Assembly (NCBI GenBank): GCA_958438955.1
Contig: CAUBTS010000001.1
Coordinates: 1-53,546, forward strand
Source: an uncultured Collinsella sp.
Lineage (GTDB): Bacteria > Actinomycetota > Coriobacteriia > Coriobacteriales > Coriobacteriaceae
DNA: 53,546 nt
Direction: 5' to 3'
Shown here in pieces: positions 39,501-48,091 of this stretch. The first letter of the stretch is position 1. The number at the start of each line of letters is the position of its first letter. The translations under genes and the position numbers were made by a program. Under the pieces are notes generated by a model, which did no database searches, was not told the origin of the DNA, and saw only the letters and a list, made by a program, of their open reading frames with translations.

Positions 39501-40259
39501 GTGCTCAAAGCAGTCGTTTTCGATATGGACGAGACGCTTCTTAGCATCAACCTCAACGCGTTCATCCTTCGATATTTTAAGGATGTCTCTTCGATGCTCG
39601 CGGATATCGGTCGCCGCAGCCGCGGTGGCACGATGGCGCGCCTCGGCACCATCCTGGTCGACCTCAACGCCAATCGCCGAAGCGGCACGGATAACCGCAC
39701 CAATCTTGAGTTTTACCGCACCGAGGTTGAGCGCAGGTGCGGCATCTGCCTCTCCGATCCCCTCATCTACGAAGCGTTTACCTACTACGAACGCGAAGTG
39801 CTTCCGTACAAGAATGACGATGTCATCAACGCCCGCGCCATGCCAGGCGCACACGCCGCGCTTCAGGCCGTACAGGACGCAGGGCTGCGTTGCGCGCTCT
39901 TTACCAACCCCAGCTTTCCGCAAGGGGCCATCGAGTGTCGCATGGGTTGGGGCGACTTGGCCGACGCCCCCTTTGAGCTCGTCACGCATATGGGAAACGC
40001 CACCCGCTGCAAGCCCGATGCCGCCTACTATCTCGAGCAGCTTCAGGTGATGGGGCTCGAACCACACGAAGTCCTTATGGTGGGCAACGACCCCAAGCGC
40101 GACTTCCCCAGCCCCGCCTGCGGCATTCAGACTGCCTATGTTGGACAGGGAAAACCCGGCCGAGCCACCTGGCACGGAACCATGGAAGACTTCGCCCGCG
40201 ACTTTAACGCCGTAGTCGAAGCCTTCTACGAGCACCAAGTAGCCGACGAACTGTCCTAA
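39501..40259 (+). CDS. HAD-family hydrolase
   Basis: VVFDMDETLL, TNP, KPD, MVGND. Confidence 0.85.
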   Translation: MLKAVVFDMDETLLSINLNAFILRYFKDVSSMLADIGRRSRGGTMARLGTILVDLNANRRSGTDNRTNLEFYRTEVERRCGICLSDPLIYEAFTYYEREVLPYKNDDVINARAMPGAHAALQAVQDAGLRCALFTNPSFPQGAIECRMGWGDLADAPFELVTHMGNATRCKPDAAYYLEQLQVMGLEPHEVLMVGNDPKRDFPSPACGIQTAYVGQGKPGRATWHGTMEDFARDFNAVVEAFYEHQVADELS

Positions 40260-41575
40260 CAGACCTGGGTTTTGCCGATCATGATGTTGAGGATCTCGAC
40301 ATCGGTATCTTTCATACCTACACGGCCCACGTAGCCCATGCTGGCGATTGTCTGCTCGACGGTATCCTGGATCAGGCCCTCACCGGCGCGGAAGCCGCGA
40401 CCCTGCATGGCCATATCGTGACCCAGAATCGCCGCATCAACGGCAGCGGAAATCTTGGCGGCACAGCTTGCCTTGGCGCCATCGCACACGATGCCGCCCA
40501 CGTTACCGAGTGTGTTCGAAACCGTCGCGCCAATCTGCTCGCGCGTGCCACCGCACAGCCAGGTAATCGCAGCGCCGGCGCCACACGCGGCGCAAATAGC
40601 ACCGCAAAACGCCGAGAGCGCACCAATATAGCTCTTGATATGCACAGCGATAAGATCGGACAGCATCACGGCGCGCACCAGGCGATCTTGGTCGCAGCGA
40701 AGGTATTCGGCATATTCCATAACGGGCAGTGCGCAGGTAATACCCTGATTGCCCGAACCGCACACAATGGCGACCGGCAGCGCACAGCCGTTCATGCGGG
40801 CGTCGGACCCGGCGGCTGCACGGGCACGGGCACGACAGGCGACGTCATCGGCACGAGCGCCCAGCAGCGTGCGGCCAACCTCGGCACCCCAAGCGTGCGC
40901 CAGGCCCTCGGCGCTGATCGCGCCGTTCAGCTCAATCTGACGCTCAACGGCAGCGCGGGCACCATCGATGTCGCCGTCCTCGATAAAGTCGATGATGGAC
41001 TCAATCGACATGGGCGTGTCAGCGCTATCTGCCGCACGCTCGGCCACAACGCGCTCGGCGCAGGCGGCACACTCCCCCGCCGACTTGCCGCATACCGGAA
41101 TACCGTCGAGCGTATGGCACGTGACATTGGTGTGGTGGTCGGTAATCTCGACGACTGCGGTATGGCCCCCGGCTGTGGCAGTCACCTTGATGTAGAGGTT
41201 GGGCACACCCTCGACAAGCGACACATCGCAGTAACCGGCATCGGCGAGGAGCTCGGCCACGCGAGCACGGTCCTCATCGTTAACGCTCTCGAGCACCTCG
41301 AGCGCGCTCTTGGCGTCGCCGCCCACGGCACCCAGCACGGCTGCCGCTTCAATACCGTGCATACCGCCCGAGTTGGGCACGGTCACGCTCTTAACGTTCT
41401 TGATGATGTTGCCCGAGCAGGCGACATCCATATGATCGGGTTCGCAACCGAGCGTCTGGCTCGCCAGCGCCGCTGCATAGGCAACGGCAATAGGCTCGGT
41501 GCAGCCGAGCGCACAGACAAGCTCGCGGTTCAAAACATCGCAAAACGCGGTATCACGAAGGGAATCGTCAGACAT
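40256..41575 (-). CDS. L-cysteine desulfidase-like Fe-S enzyme (YhaM/CyuA, serine dehydratase alpha family)
   Basis: ALGCTEPIAVA, SDARMNG, GSGNQG, LSAFCG, CDGAKASCA. Confidence 0.82.
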   Translation of the reverse strand: MSDDSLRDTAFCDVLNRELVCALGCTEPIAVAYAAALASQTLGCEPDHMDVACSGNIIKNVKSVTVPNSGGMHGIEAAAVLGAVGGDAKSALEVLESVNDEDRARVAELLADAGYCDVSLVEGVPNLYIKVTATAGGHTAVVEITDHHTNVTCHTLDGIPVCGKSAGECAACAERVVAERAADSADTPMSIESIIDFIEDGDIDGARAAVERQIELNGAISAEGLAHAWGAEVGRTLLGARADDVACRARARAAAGSDARMNGCALPVAIVCGSGNQGITCALPVMEYAEYLRCDQDRLVRAVMLSDLIAVHIKSYIGALSAFCGAICAACGAGAAITWLCGGTREQIGATVSNTLGNVGGIVCDGAKASCAAKISAAVDAAILGHDMAMQGRGFRAGEGLIQDTVEQTIASMGYVGRVGMKDTDVEILNIMIGKTQVC

Positions 41576-41846
41576 AGGTATCTCCTACTTGTATAACGGG
41601 CTGGACTCTCAAGAACAGTTAGCTCTTTTATTTGATAACAATGCATCAAAAACCGCAACCATGGTTCCGACGGACGGCGTTCAAGCGCAATCTGACGGCA
41701 TTCATTCATGCGAAGCCGGTCTTGTCGCATGCTAAAGCGTTTGACCAAAAAACGCCCGAGCGTTTACGCAAAAGTCGCGCTATCATGCAGTCGAACGCGG
41801 TAAAACCTTTAGCAATCTCGCCGCACAGACCAGAGAGGAACCATCC

Positions 41847-42314
41847 ATGAAGATCGGTATCGGCAACGACCACGCCGCCGTCGAGCTCAAGAACATCATC
41901 TCCGAGCACCTGAAGGAGCGCGGCTGCGAGGTCGTGAACTTTGGCACCGACACCTCCGAGAGCTTTGACTACCCCATCGCCGGCTACAAGGTGGGTAAGG
42001 CCGTTGCCAACGGCGACGTCGACCTGGGCATCCTGATCTGCGGCACCGGCGTCGGCATCAGCCTGGCCGCCAACAAGGTCGAAGGTGTTCGCGCCGTCGT
42101 ATGCTCCGAGCCCTTCAGCGCCAAGCTCTCGCGCATGCACAACAACACCAACGTGCTTGCCTTTGGCGCCCGCGTCGTGGGATCCGAACTCGCCAAGATG
42201 ATTGTCGACGAGTGGCTCGACGCCGAGTTTGAGGGCGGTCGTCACGAGCGTCGCGTTAACCTCCTCAACGAGATCGACCAGACCCGAGGACTCAAGGTCG
42301 TCGACGAGGCTTAA
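41847..42314 (+). CDS. rpiB: Ribose-5-phosphate isomerase B
   Basis: NDHAA, CGTGVG, ANKV, FEGGRH. Confidence 0.93.
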   Translation: MKIGIGNDHAAVELKNIISEHLKERGCEVVNFGTDTSESFDYPIAGYKVGKAVANGDVDLGILICGTGVGISLAANKVEGVRAVVCSEPFSAKLSRMHNNTNVLAFGARVVGSELAKMIVDEWLDAEFEGGRHERRVNLLNEIDQTRGLKVVDEA

Positions 42315-42340
42315 ACTACTCAGTACCACAAGCTAACAGC

Positions 42341-42427
42341 AGGGGCCCGCTCGGAACACATGTCCGAGCGGGCCCCTTCATAGATTTTGGAATAAAAAGG
42401 GCGCCGCGGGTGGAATTCCGCGGCGCC
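42341..42427. terminator. Two GC-rich hairpins between the convergent rpiB and ndk genes
   Basis: AGGGGCCCGCTCGGA/TCCGAGCGGGCCCCT and GGCGCCGCGG/CCGCGGCGCC, the second preceded by an A tract. Confidence 0.7.
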
Positions 42428-42466
42428 AAAGCCACACGCTAACAGCTTTAAGGAGTCAAAGCTGGT

Positions 42467-42871
42467 TTAGCCAAAGAAGCGCTTGATCTCGATCTCGGCG
42501 TTCTCCAGGCAGTCGGAGCCGTGGATCACGTTGGCGTTAACATCGACAGCGAAGTCGCCGCGAATGGTGCCGGGGGCAGCGTCAAGCGGGTTGGTGGCGC
42601 CCATGAGGGTGCGCATCTTGGAGACAGCGGAGAGACCGGAAACGACCATCTTGACGACCGGACCGCTCGTCATAAAGTCGCAGAGACCGCCAAAGAAGGG
42701 CTTGTCGGCCAGATGGGCGTAGTGCTCCTCGACGGTAGCGCGCTCGAGCGTGGTCATCTCCATGCGCTCGATGACAAGGCCGCTGCGCTCAATGCGAGCA
42801 ACGATCTCGCCGATCTTACGGTCGCGCACGGCGTCGGGCTTAATCATGATGAAGGTCTTCTCGATAGCCAT
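42467..42871 (-). CDS. ndk: Nucleoside diphosphate kinase
   Basis: IKPDAV, GATNP, PGTIRGDF, NVIHGSD. Confidence 0.95.
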   Translation of the reverse strand: MAIEKTFIMIKPDAVRDRKIGEIVARIERSGLVIERMEMTTLERATVEEHYAHLADKPFFGGLCDFMTSGPVVKMVVSGLSAVSKMRTLMGATNPLDAAPGTIRGDFAVDVNANVIHGSDCLENAEIEIKRFFG

Positions 42872-43255
42872 AAGGTAGCCTTTCAAGTAGGTTCGCGCGT
42901 GCCCAAGTCCCATTCCGGCACCCGCCTGGACTGCATCGTAACAGAGTTTTAGCTGCAGTTAAACAAAAAGCTGTTTATTGAAACGCTGCAATTTATTAAA
43001 GCGCTCCATATGTGTCACTTCTGTTTCGAAGCCCGATTAGAGTACCATCCGACCGCCCATCAACCGCATCGAACAGAGCAGACGGTCGGTTGCCACCCGC
43101 GAACGTATCCCCTTCACAACCTGCCCAAAGGTCCTACAGAAGTTCTCGACACGCCCCTCCCCCATAGCAACAAAATACGGGCGCCCGCAACAGAAGGCGC
43201 CCGTAAAAGCAAAACGATTTATCGATAAAAGGGCAATACGGCTTCAGCCAAACCC

Positions 43256-44686
43256 CTACTTTGCCCCGTGTCCCATCTCGACTACCTTGGTCAGCGATCC
43301 AAACGCGCCCTCGTCGGCCACGAGCTGTGACTCGGCACGCTGCAGCTGCGCGGCAACTGCGGCAGGAGCGGTGCCGCCCTCGGTCGTGCGCGCGGCGACA
43401 ATCGACGGGATGTCGAGCGCCTCGGTAATGTCGCGCTCAAAGAGCGGGCTTGCCTCCTGGAACACCTCAAACGGCAGGTCCTCAAGATTACAGCCGCGCT
43501 TCTCGCACATCAGGACCAGATGCCCCACCACGGCATGTGCCTCGCGGAACGGCAGGCCACGCTTGGTCAGGTAATCGGCAACATCGGTGGCGGCAAGGTG
43601 TCCCACGCCGCACTCGCGCGCCATGGCATCCTCGTTGACGGTCCAAGTCGAAATCATACCAGCCATAACCGACAGGCACTGCATGAGCGTATGAGCGGTA
43701 TCGAGCGCGCCCTCCTTGTCCTCCTGCAAGTCCTTGTTATAAGCAAGCGGCAGGCCCTTCATGGTTACCAGCAGCTGCACCAGGTTGCCGTACACGCGAC
43801 CGCTCTTGCCGCGGATAAGCTCGGCAAAGTCGGGGTTCTTCTTCTGCGGCATGATGGACGAGCCGGTGGAGTACGAGTCGGAAAGCGTGATAAAGCCAAA
43901 TTCGGAGCTCGACCACAGCACGATCTCCTCGGAAAGACGCGACAGGTGCATCGCCATGACGGATCCGGCGTAATGCAGATCGAGCAGGAAATCACGGTCG
44001 GAAACCGCATCGAGCGAGTTGGGAATCACGCCCGCAAAACCAAGTTCGGCAGCCGTCATCTGGCGATCGAGCGGATAGCTCGTACCGGCAAGCGCGGCAG
44101 CACCCAGCGGGCAGTTGTCGGCGGCATCAAAGGCGGCCTTCAGGCGCGTAAAGTCGCGCGCGAACATCCAGGAATACGCCAGCAGATGATGCGACAGCAG
44201 CACGGGCTGAGCGTGCTGCATGTGCGTGTAGCCCGGCAAAATCACCTTGTCGTACTTCTTAGCCGCATCCACCAGCACATGGCGCAGCTCTAGATTGGCC
44301 TCCATGAGCTCCTTGGCCAGCGCCTTGACGCCCAGTCGCGTATCGGTCGCCACCTGGTCGTTGCGCGAACGCCCAGTATGCAAGCGCTTGCCAGCCTCGC
44401 CGATGCGACGCGTCAGCTCGCTCTCGATGGACATATGAATGTCCTCATCGTTGATGTCGAAGGTAAAGTTGCCGGCATCGATATCCTGTTCGATTCCGGT
44501 CAGGCCCTCGGCAATCGCGCGCTCGTCCTCGGCACTGATGATGCCCTGGGCCGCCAGCATTTTGGCATGCGCCTTAGAGCCGGCGATATCCTGCTTATAG
44601 AGATGTTTGTCGACCGGCAGCGACGCGCCAAACTCCTGCGTGACCTCGGCCACACCTGCCTCAAAACGACCGCCCCAAAGAGCCAT
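43256..44686 (-). CDS. argH: Argininosuccinate lyase
   Basis: LWGGRF, LHTGRSRNDQV, GSSIMPQKKNPD. Confidence 0.95.
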   Translation of the reverse strand: MALWGGRFEAGVAEVTQEFGASLPVDKHLYKQDIAGSKAHAKMLAAQGIISAEDERAIAEGLTGIEQDIDAGNFTFDINDEDIHMSIESELTRRIGEAGKRLHTGRSRNDQVATDTRLGVKALAKELMEANLELRHVLVDAAKKYDKVILPGYTHMQHAQPVLLSHHLLAYSWMFARDFTRLKAAFDAADNCPLGAAALAGTSYPLDRQMTAAELGFAGVIPNSLDAVSDRDFLLDLHYAGSVMAMHLSRLSEEIVLWSSSEFGFITLSDSYSTGSSIMPQKKNPDFAELIRGKSGRVYGNLVQLLVTMKGLPLAYNKDLQEDKEGALDTAHTLMQCLSVMAGMISTWTVNEDAMARECGVGHLAATDVADYLTKRGLPFREAHAVVGHLVLMCEKRGCNLEDLPFEVFQEASPLFERDITEALDIPSIVAARTTEGGTAPAAVAAQLQRAESQLVADEGAFGSLTKVVEMGHGAK

Positions 44687-44804
44687 GGAACCGTCCCCTT
44701 TCTCCAAATACCAAAACAAGCGCCCAAAGCAATGCGCCATATCGCTAAAGCGATTTTTCAACCGCTAGTTTTGCACATTCCCCACCGTGTGCGGAGCCAT
44801 GTAG

Positions 44805-44975
44805 CTAATTTGCAAAGAAGTGACGCGCCATACACTTGGCGCCCAACGTCTCCCTCCGGATGTTGCCCTGCGAACCATCGATCCAGGCCTTCAGGCTCAT
44901 AGGGACGTCCTCGACCTTTACAGCATCGAACTCGGGCGCGAGGGCAAGCAAAGCATGCGCGATAGCATTGAACAT
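44805..44975 (-). CDS. Putative 56-aa small protein between argG and argH
   Basis: GAGGAG SD, then MFNAIAHALLALAPEFDAVKVEDVPMSLKAWIDGSQGNIRRETLGAKCMARHFFAN; no track ORF is this short. Confidence 0.5.
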   Translation of the reverse strand: MFNAIAHALLALAPEFDAVKVEDVPMSLKAWIDGSQGNIRRETLGAKCMARHFFAN

Positions 44976-45208
44976 AATGGATACTCCTCATATATATAGG
45001 CGCAGAGCCGCCAAATTGATAGAAGGAGCCCCGCCGGACAACCCCGGCGGGGCTCGGACTCAGCCACAGTCGCGGCATCATATATGCGGGCGGAACGTAG
45101 GGGCCACCGATGTTAAGAAGTGTCAGCAAGCATAACGAAAGGTAGGGACCCCGTGCGCCCGTTATGTATCACGCGGATGGGCCGCGCGGATACCAAGGGA
45201 AGGAAGCG

Positions 45209-46435
45209 CTAGGCCTGGGCGGCAGCAGAGCTGGGGCCCTGGACCTTTGCCCACGTCTTGAGCGACAGCGTATCGATCTCGATAAAACCGGCGCTGGCCT
45301 TCTCGTCAAACGTGGTGTCGCGGTCGTAGGTAGCCAGACCGTAGTCGTAGAGGCTGAAGGGGCTCTTGCGGCCGACGACATGGCAGTTGCCCTTAAAGAA
45401 CTTCAGACGGACAGTGCCGGTCACGAACTTTTGCGTGTCGGCCATAAAGGCATCGAGCGCGTTTTTGAGCGGGCTGTACCACTGGCCGTTGTACACGGCG
45501 GTGGCCCAATCCTGCTCGAGCTTGATCTTGGTCTTGAGCAGGTCGCCCTCGACGCAGATGTCCTCGAGCGCCTTGTGGGCGGTGATGAGCGTCAGGGCGC
45601 CGGGAACCTCGTAGCACTCGCGGCTCTTAAGGCCCACCAGGCGATCCTCGACCAGATCGAGACGGCCAAAGCCATTGTCGCCGGAGATCTTGTTGAGGGC
45701 GATGACGATCTCAGAGAGCTTCATCTTCTTGCCGTCGACGGCGACGGGCTTGCCGGCCTCAAACTCAATCTCGGTGTAGGTCGGGGTGTCCGGGGTGTCC
45801 TCGGGATTCTTGGTCATAACCCAAGCGTCGTCGAGCGGCTCATTCCAGGGATCCTCCAGGTGACCGCACTCAATGGCACGACCCCACAGGTTGTCGTCGA
45901 TGGAGTAGGGGTTGTCGTTGGCACCCTCGGGAACCGGCACGTTGTGGGCGTGGGCATAGGCGACCTCGTCGGGGCGACACTTCAGGTCCCACTCGCGAAC
46001 CGGGGCGATAACCTTGAGCTCGGGGTCGAGGGCCTTGACGGCGGCCTCAAAACGGACCTGGTCGTTACCCTTGCCGGTGCAGCCGTGGGCGACGTAGGTC
46101 GCGCCAAACTCGTGGGCGACCTCAACAAGCTTCTTGGCAAGCAGCGGGCGAGACAGGGCGGAGAGCAGCGGATACTTGTTCTCGTACATGGAGTTTGCTG
46201 CAATGGCTTTGGTCAGGAACTCATCGGAGAACTCGTCGCGCAGGTCGAGCACTTGGCAATCGAGAACGCCCAGGTCGAGCGCCTTCTGCTTCTTGGCATC
46301 CAGTCCGGTCTCTTCCTGGCCCACGTTGCCGCAGACACAAACGACATCGAGATTCTTCTCGTCCTGGAGCCATTTGACACATACGGATGTATCAAGACCA
46401 CCGGAATATGCGAGAACGACTTTTTCCTTGCTCAT
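45209..46435 (-). CDS. argG: Argininosuccinate synthase
   Basis: LAYSGGLDTS, HGCTGKGNDQVRF, SIDDNLWG. Confidence 0.95.
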   Translation of the reverse strand: MSKEKVVLAYSGGLDTSVCVKWLQDEKNLDVVCVCGNVGQEETGLDAKKQKALDLGVLDCQVLDLRDEFSDEFLTKAIAANSMYENKYPLLSALSRPLLAKKLVEVAHEFGATYVAHGCTGKGNDQVRFEAAVKALDPELKVIAPVREWDLKCRPDEVAYAHAHNVPVPEGANDNPYSIDDNLWGRAIECGHLEDPWNEPLDDAWVMTKNPEDTPDTPTYTEIEFEAGKPVAVDGKKMKLSEIVIALNKISGDNGFGRLDLVEDRLVGLKSRECYEVPGALTLITAHKALEDICVEGDLLKTKIKLEQDWATAVYNGQWYSPLKNALDAFMADTQKFVTGTVRLKFFKGNCHVVGRKSPFSLYDYGLATYDRDTTFDEKASAGFIEIDTLSLKTWAKVQGPSSAAAQA

Positions 46436-46640
46436 GGCTGTTTCCTTTCGCCCTTGGTAGCTAGTTAGAACATCGGTCAGTTGCAAGTCACCTTGAGGTC
46501 AAAAACCGTGCAATATCAGGTTAAATAGCAAAAATCAGCACATACATGCCCTAGAAACATGCAGCAATGTCGTGCTAAAACCCAACGACCTCAAAATGAC
46601 TCTGTTGAGGCAATTCGCCCCATGCGGACAGAGACGATTG

Positions 46641-46715
46641 TTATCGTCGTCGGGAAATTGCGCGCTGGCGTCGGATGGCATTGTCTGCAGTGGTGATGAT
46701 CGTTACGAACTGCAT
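46641..46715 (-). CDS. Putative Arg-rich leader peptide upstream of argG
   Basis: GAAAGGAGAG SD, then MQFVTIITTADNAIRRQRAISRRR-TAA; ends CGA CGA CGA TAA. Confidence 0.6.
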   Translation of the reverse strand: MQFVTIITTADNAIRRQRAISRRR

Positions 46716-46989
46716 CTGCCTCTCCTTTCACCTATCGCCGGGCGCAATTCTAATATCGTAAACGGTACCTTTTCCTCGGTAAGCGGTTGTTTTTCCGTCT
46801 CCGTTTTCGATGGTCGCTATATTACGCTAAAGTGCCCGCAGCACAAGCGACAAATTCAAATTTCTGAAAAGTTTTTTCATTACTTTGTGAAGCGTGGTGC
46901 AAATACGCTCCGTTCCTGCGAAAATACGCCCGACTACGAATTGATGGTTATAACGTCTGAAACAATCTCGAAACGAAAGGCTCGCTTTT

Positions 46990-47817
46990 ATGCAAACTTA
47001 CGAATCGGACGCCAATATCGGAAACATTAAGATTCTCGCCGTCGACATGGACAAGACGCTGCTGACCGACGAGCGCGTGCTGCCCCAGGGTCTTGATGAG
47101 CGCCTGGACAAGCTCGCCGAAGCCGACATCGTATTCTGCCCCGCCAGCGGACGTCCCGCCCCCAAGCTCGAGGAGATGTTCGAGGGCGTCAAGAACCGCC
47201 TCGCCTTTTGTCCCGACAACGGAGCGTGCGTGATCTATCGCGGCAGCTATATCTATAAGAGCAATATTGACGTGGAGCTGTATCAGCAGGTCTTGAGCCG
47301 TGCCTCGGAGGATCCTCGCGCTGTCCCCGTCCTGTGCTGCTTCGACGAGTTCTACGTGCTTGCCCGCGACCATCAGTACCACGACGAGATCAGCGTCTAC
47401 TACAACACAATCAACTACGTCGACAGCTTTGAGGGCATTGATTTCGAGTCCAACAAGATTTCGGTCTTCTTCCCCGGCTACGACGCCGAGCCCGCTTTCC
47501 GCGAGACCTATAGCCCCGAGTTCTCGGACAAGCTCTACGTCACCAACGCCGGGCGCGAGTGGATCGACTTTATGAACCTGGGCGTTGACAAGGGCGCCGG
47601 CGTCGCGCATCTGTGCGAGCACCTGGGCATCGATATTGCCGATGCTGCCGCCGTGGGCGACACCTACAACGATATCCCCATGCTGGAGCGCGTCGGGCAC
47701 AGCTTTATCGTGGACAATGCCGAGGAGCACATGAACGCGCACGCCAAGTGGCGCATTCCGAGCAACAACGACGGGGGCGTACTGACGCTCATCGACGCCA
47801 TCTTGGCGGCTCGGTAA
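46990..47817 (+). CDS. Cof-type HAD-IIB hydrolase
   Basis: DMDKTLL, ASGR, DNGA, VDKG, GDTYNDIPM. Confidence 0.88.
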   Translation: MQTYESDANIGNIKILAVDMDKTLLTDERVLPQGLDERLDKLAEADIVFCPASGRPAPKLEEMFEGVKNRLAFCPDNGACVIYRGSYIYKSNIDVELYQQVLSRASEDPRAVPVLCCFDEFYVLARDHQYHDEISVYYNTINYVDSFEGIDFESNKISVFFPGYDAEPAFRETYSPEFSDKLYVTNAGREWIDFMNLGVDKGAGVAHLCEHLGIDIADAAAVGDTYNDIPMLERVGHSFIVDNAEEHMNAHAKWRIPSNNDGGVLTLIDAILAAR

Positions 47818-47828
47818 TCCAACTCGTC

Positions 47829-47954
47829 GCCATGCCCGGGGCCGGCCGTTTGATTTTTGCTCGGTCAGGTCCTGGGCTCGCTCGAAGGCCACATTAAGTG
47901 GCCTTCGGCTCGTGCGGAATCTACAAAAATCAAACGGCCGGCCCCGGGCATGGC
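47829..47954. repeat. 126-bp nested palindromic element (MITE/REP-like)
   Basis: Perfect 31-bp terminal inverted repeat plus an internal CGAAGGCCAC-ATTAA-GTGGCCTTCG hairpin. Confidence 0.85.
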
Positions 47955-48091
47955 TACGTTGACTTGCTTGCCGCCTGGATGGCGTCTTGGCGCCTAGATA
48001 CTTTGGCTGATTTTTATTGAACGAAGGACGCTCCTTGTTGATGAGGGGCGTCCTTCTGGTTTTGTATTACTTTTGAATTGTGGTCGTGCCC

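Noticed and set aside
46505..46565. ARG boxes upstream of argG
   Set aside because: Only weak partial matches (GGCATGTATGTGCT); cannot be supported without a profile scan
46572..47030. 152-aa plus-strand ORF
   Set aside because: Atypical composition; it spans the divergent promoter region and the Arg leader on the opposite strand
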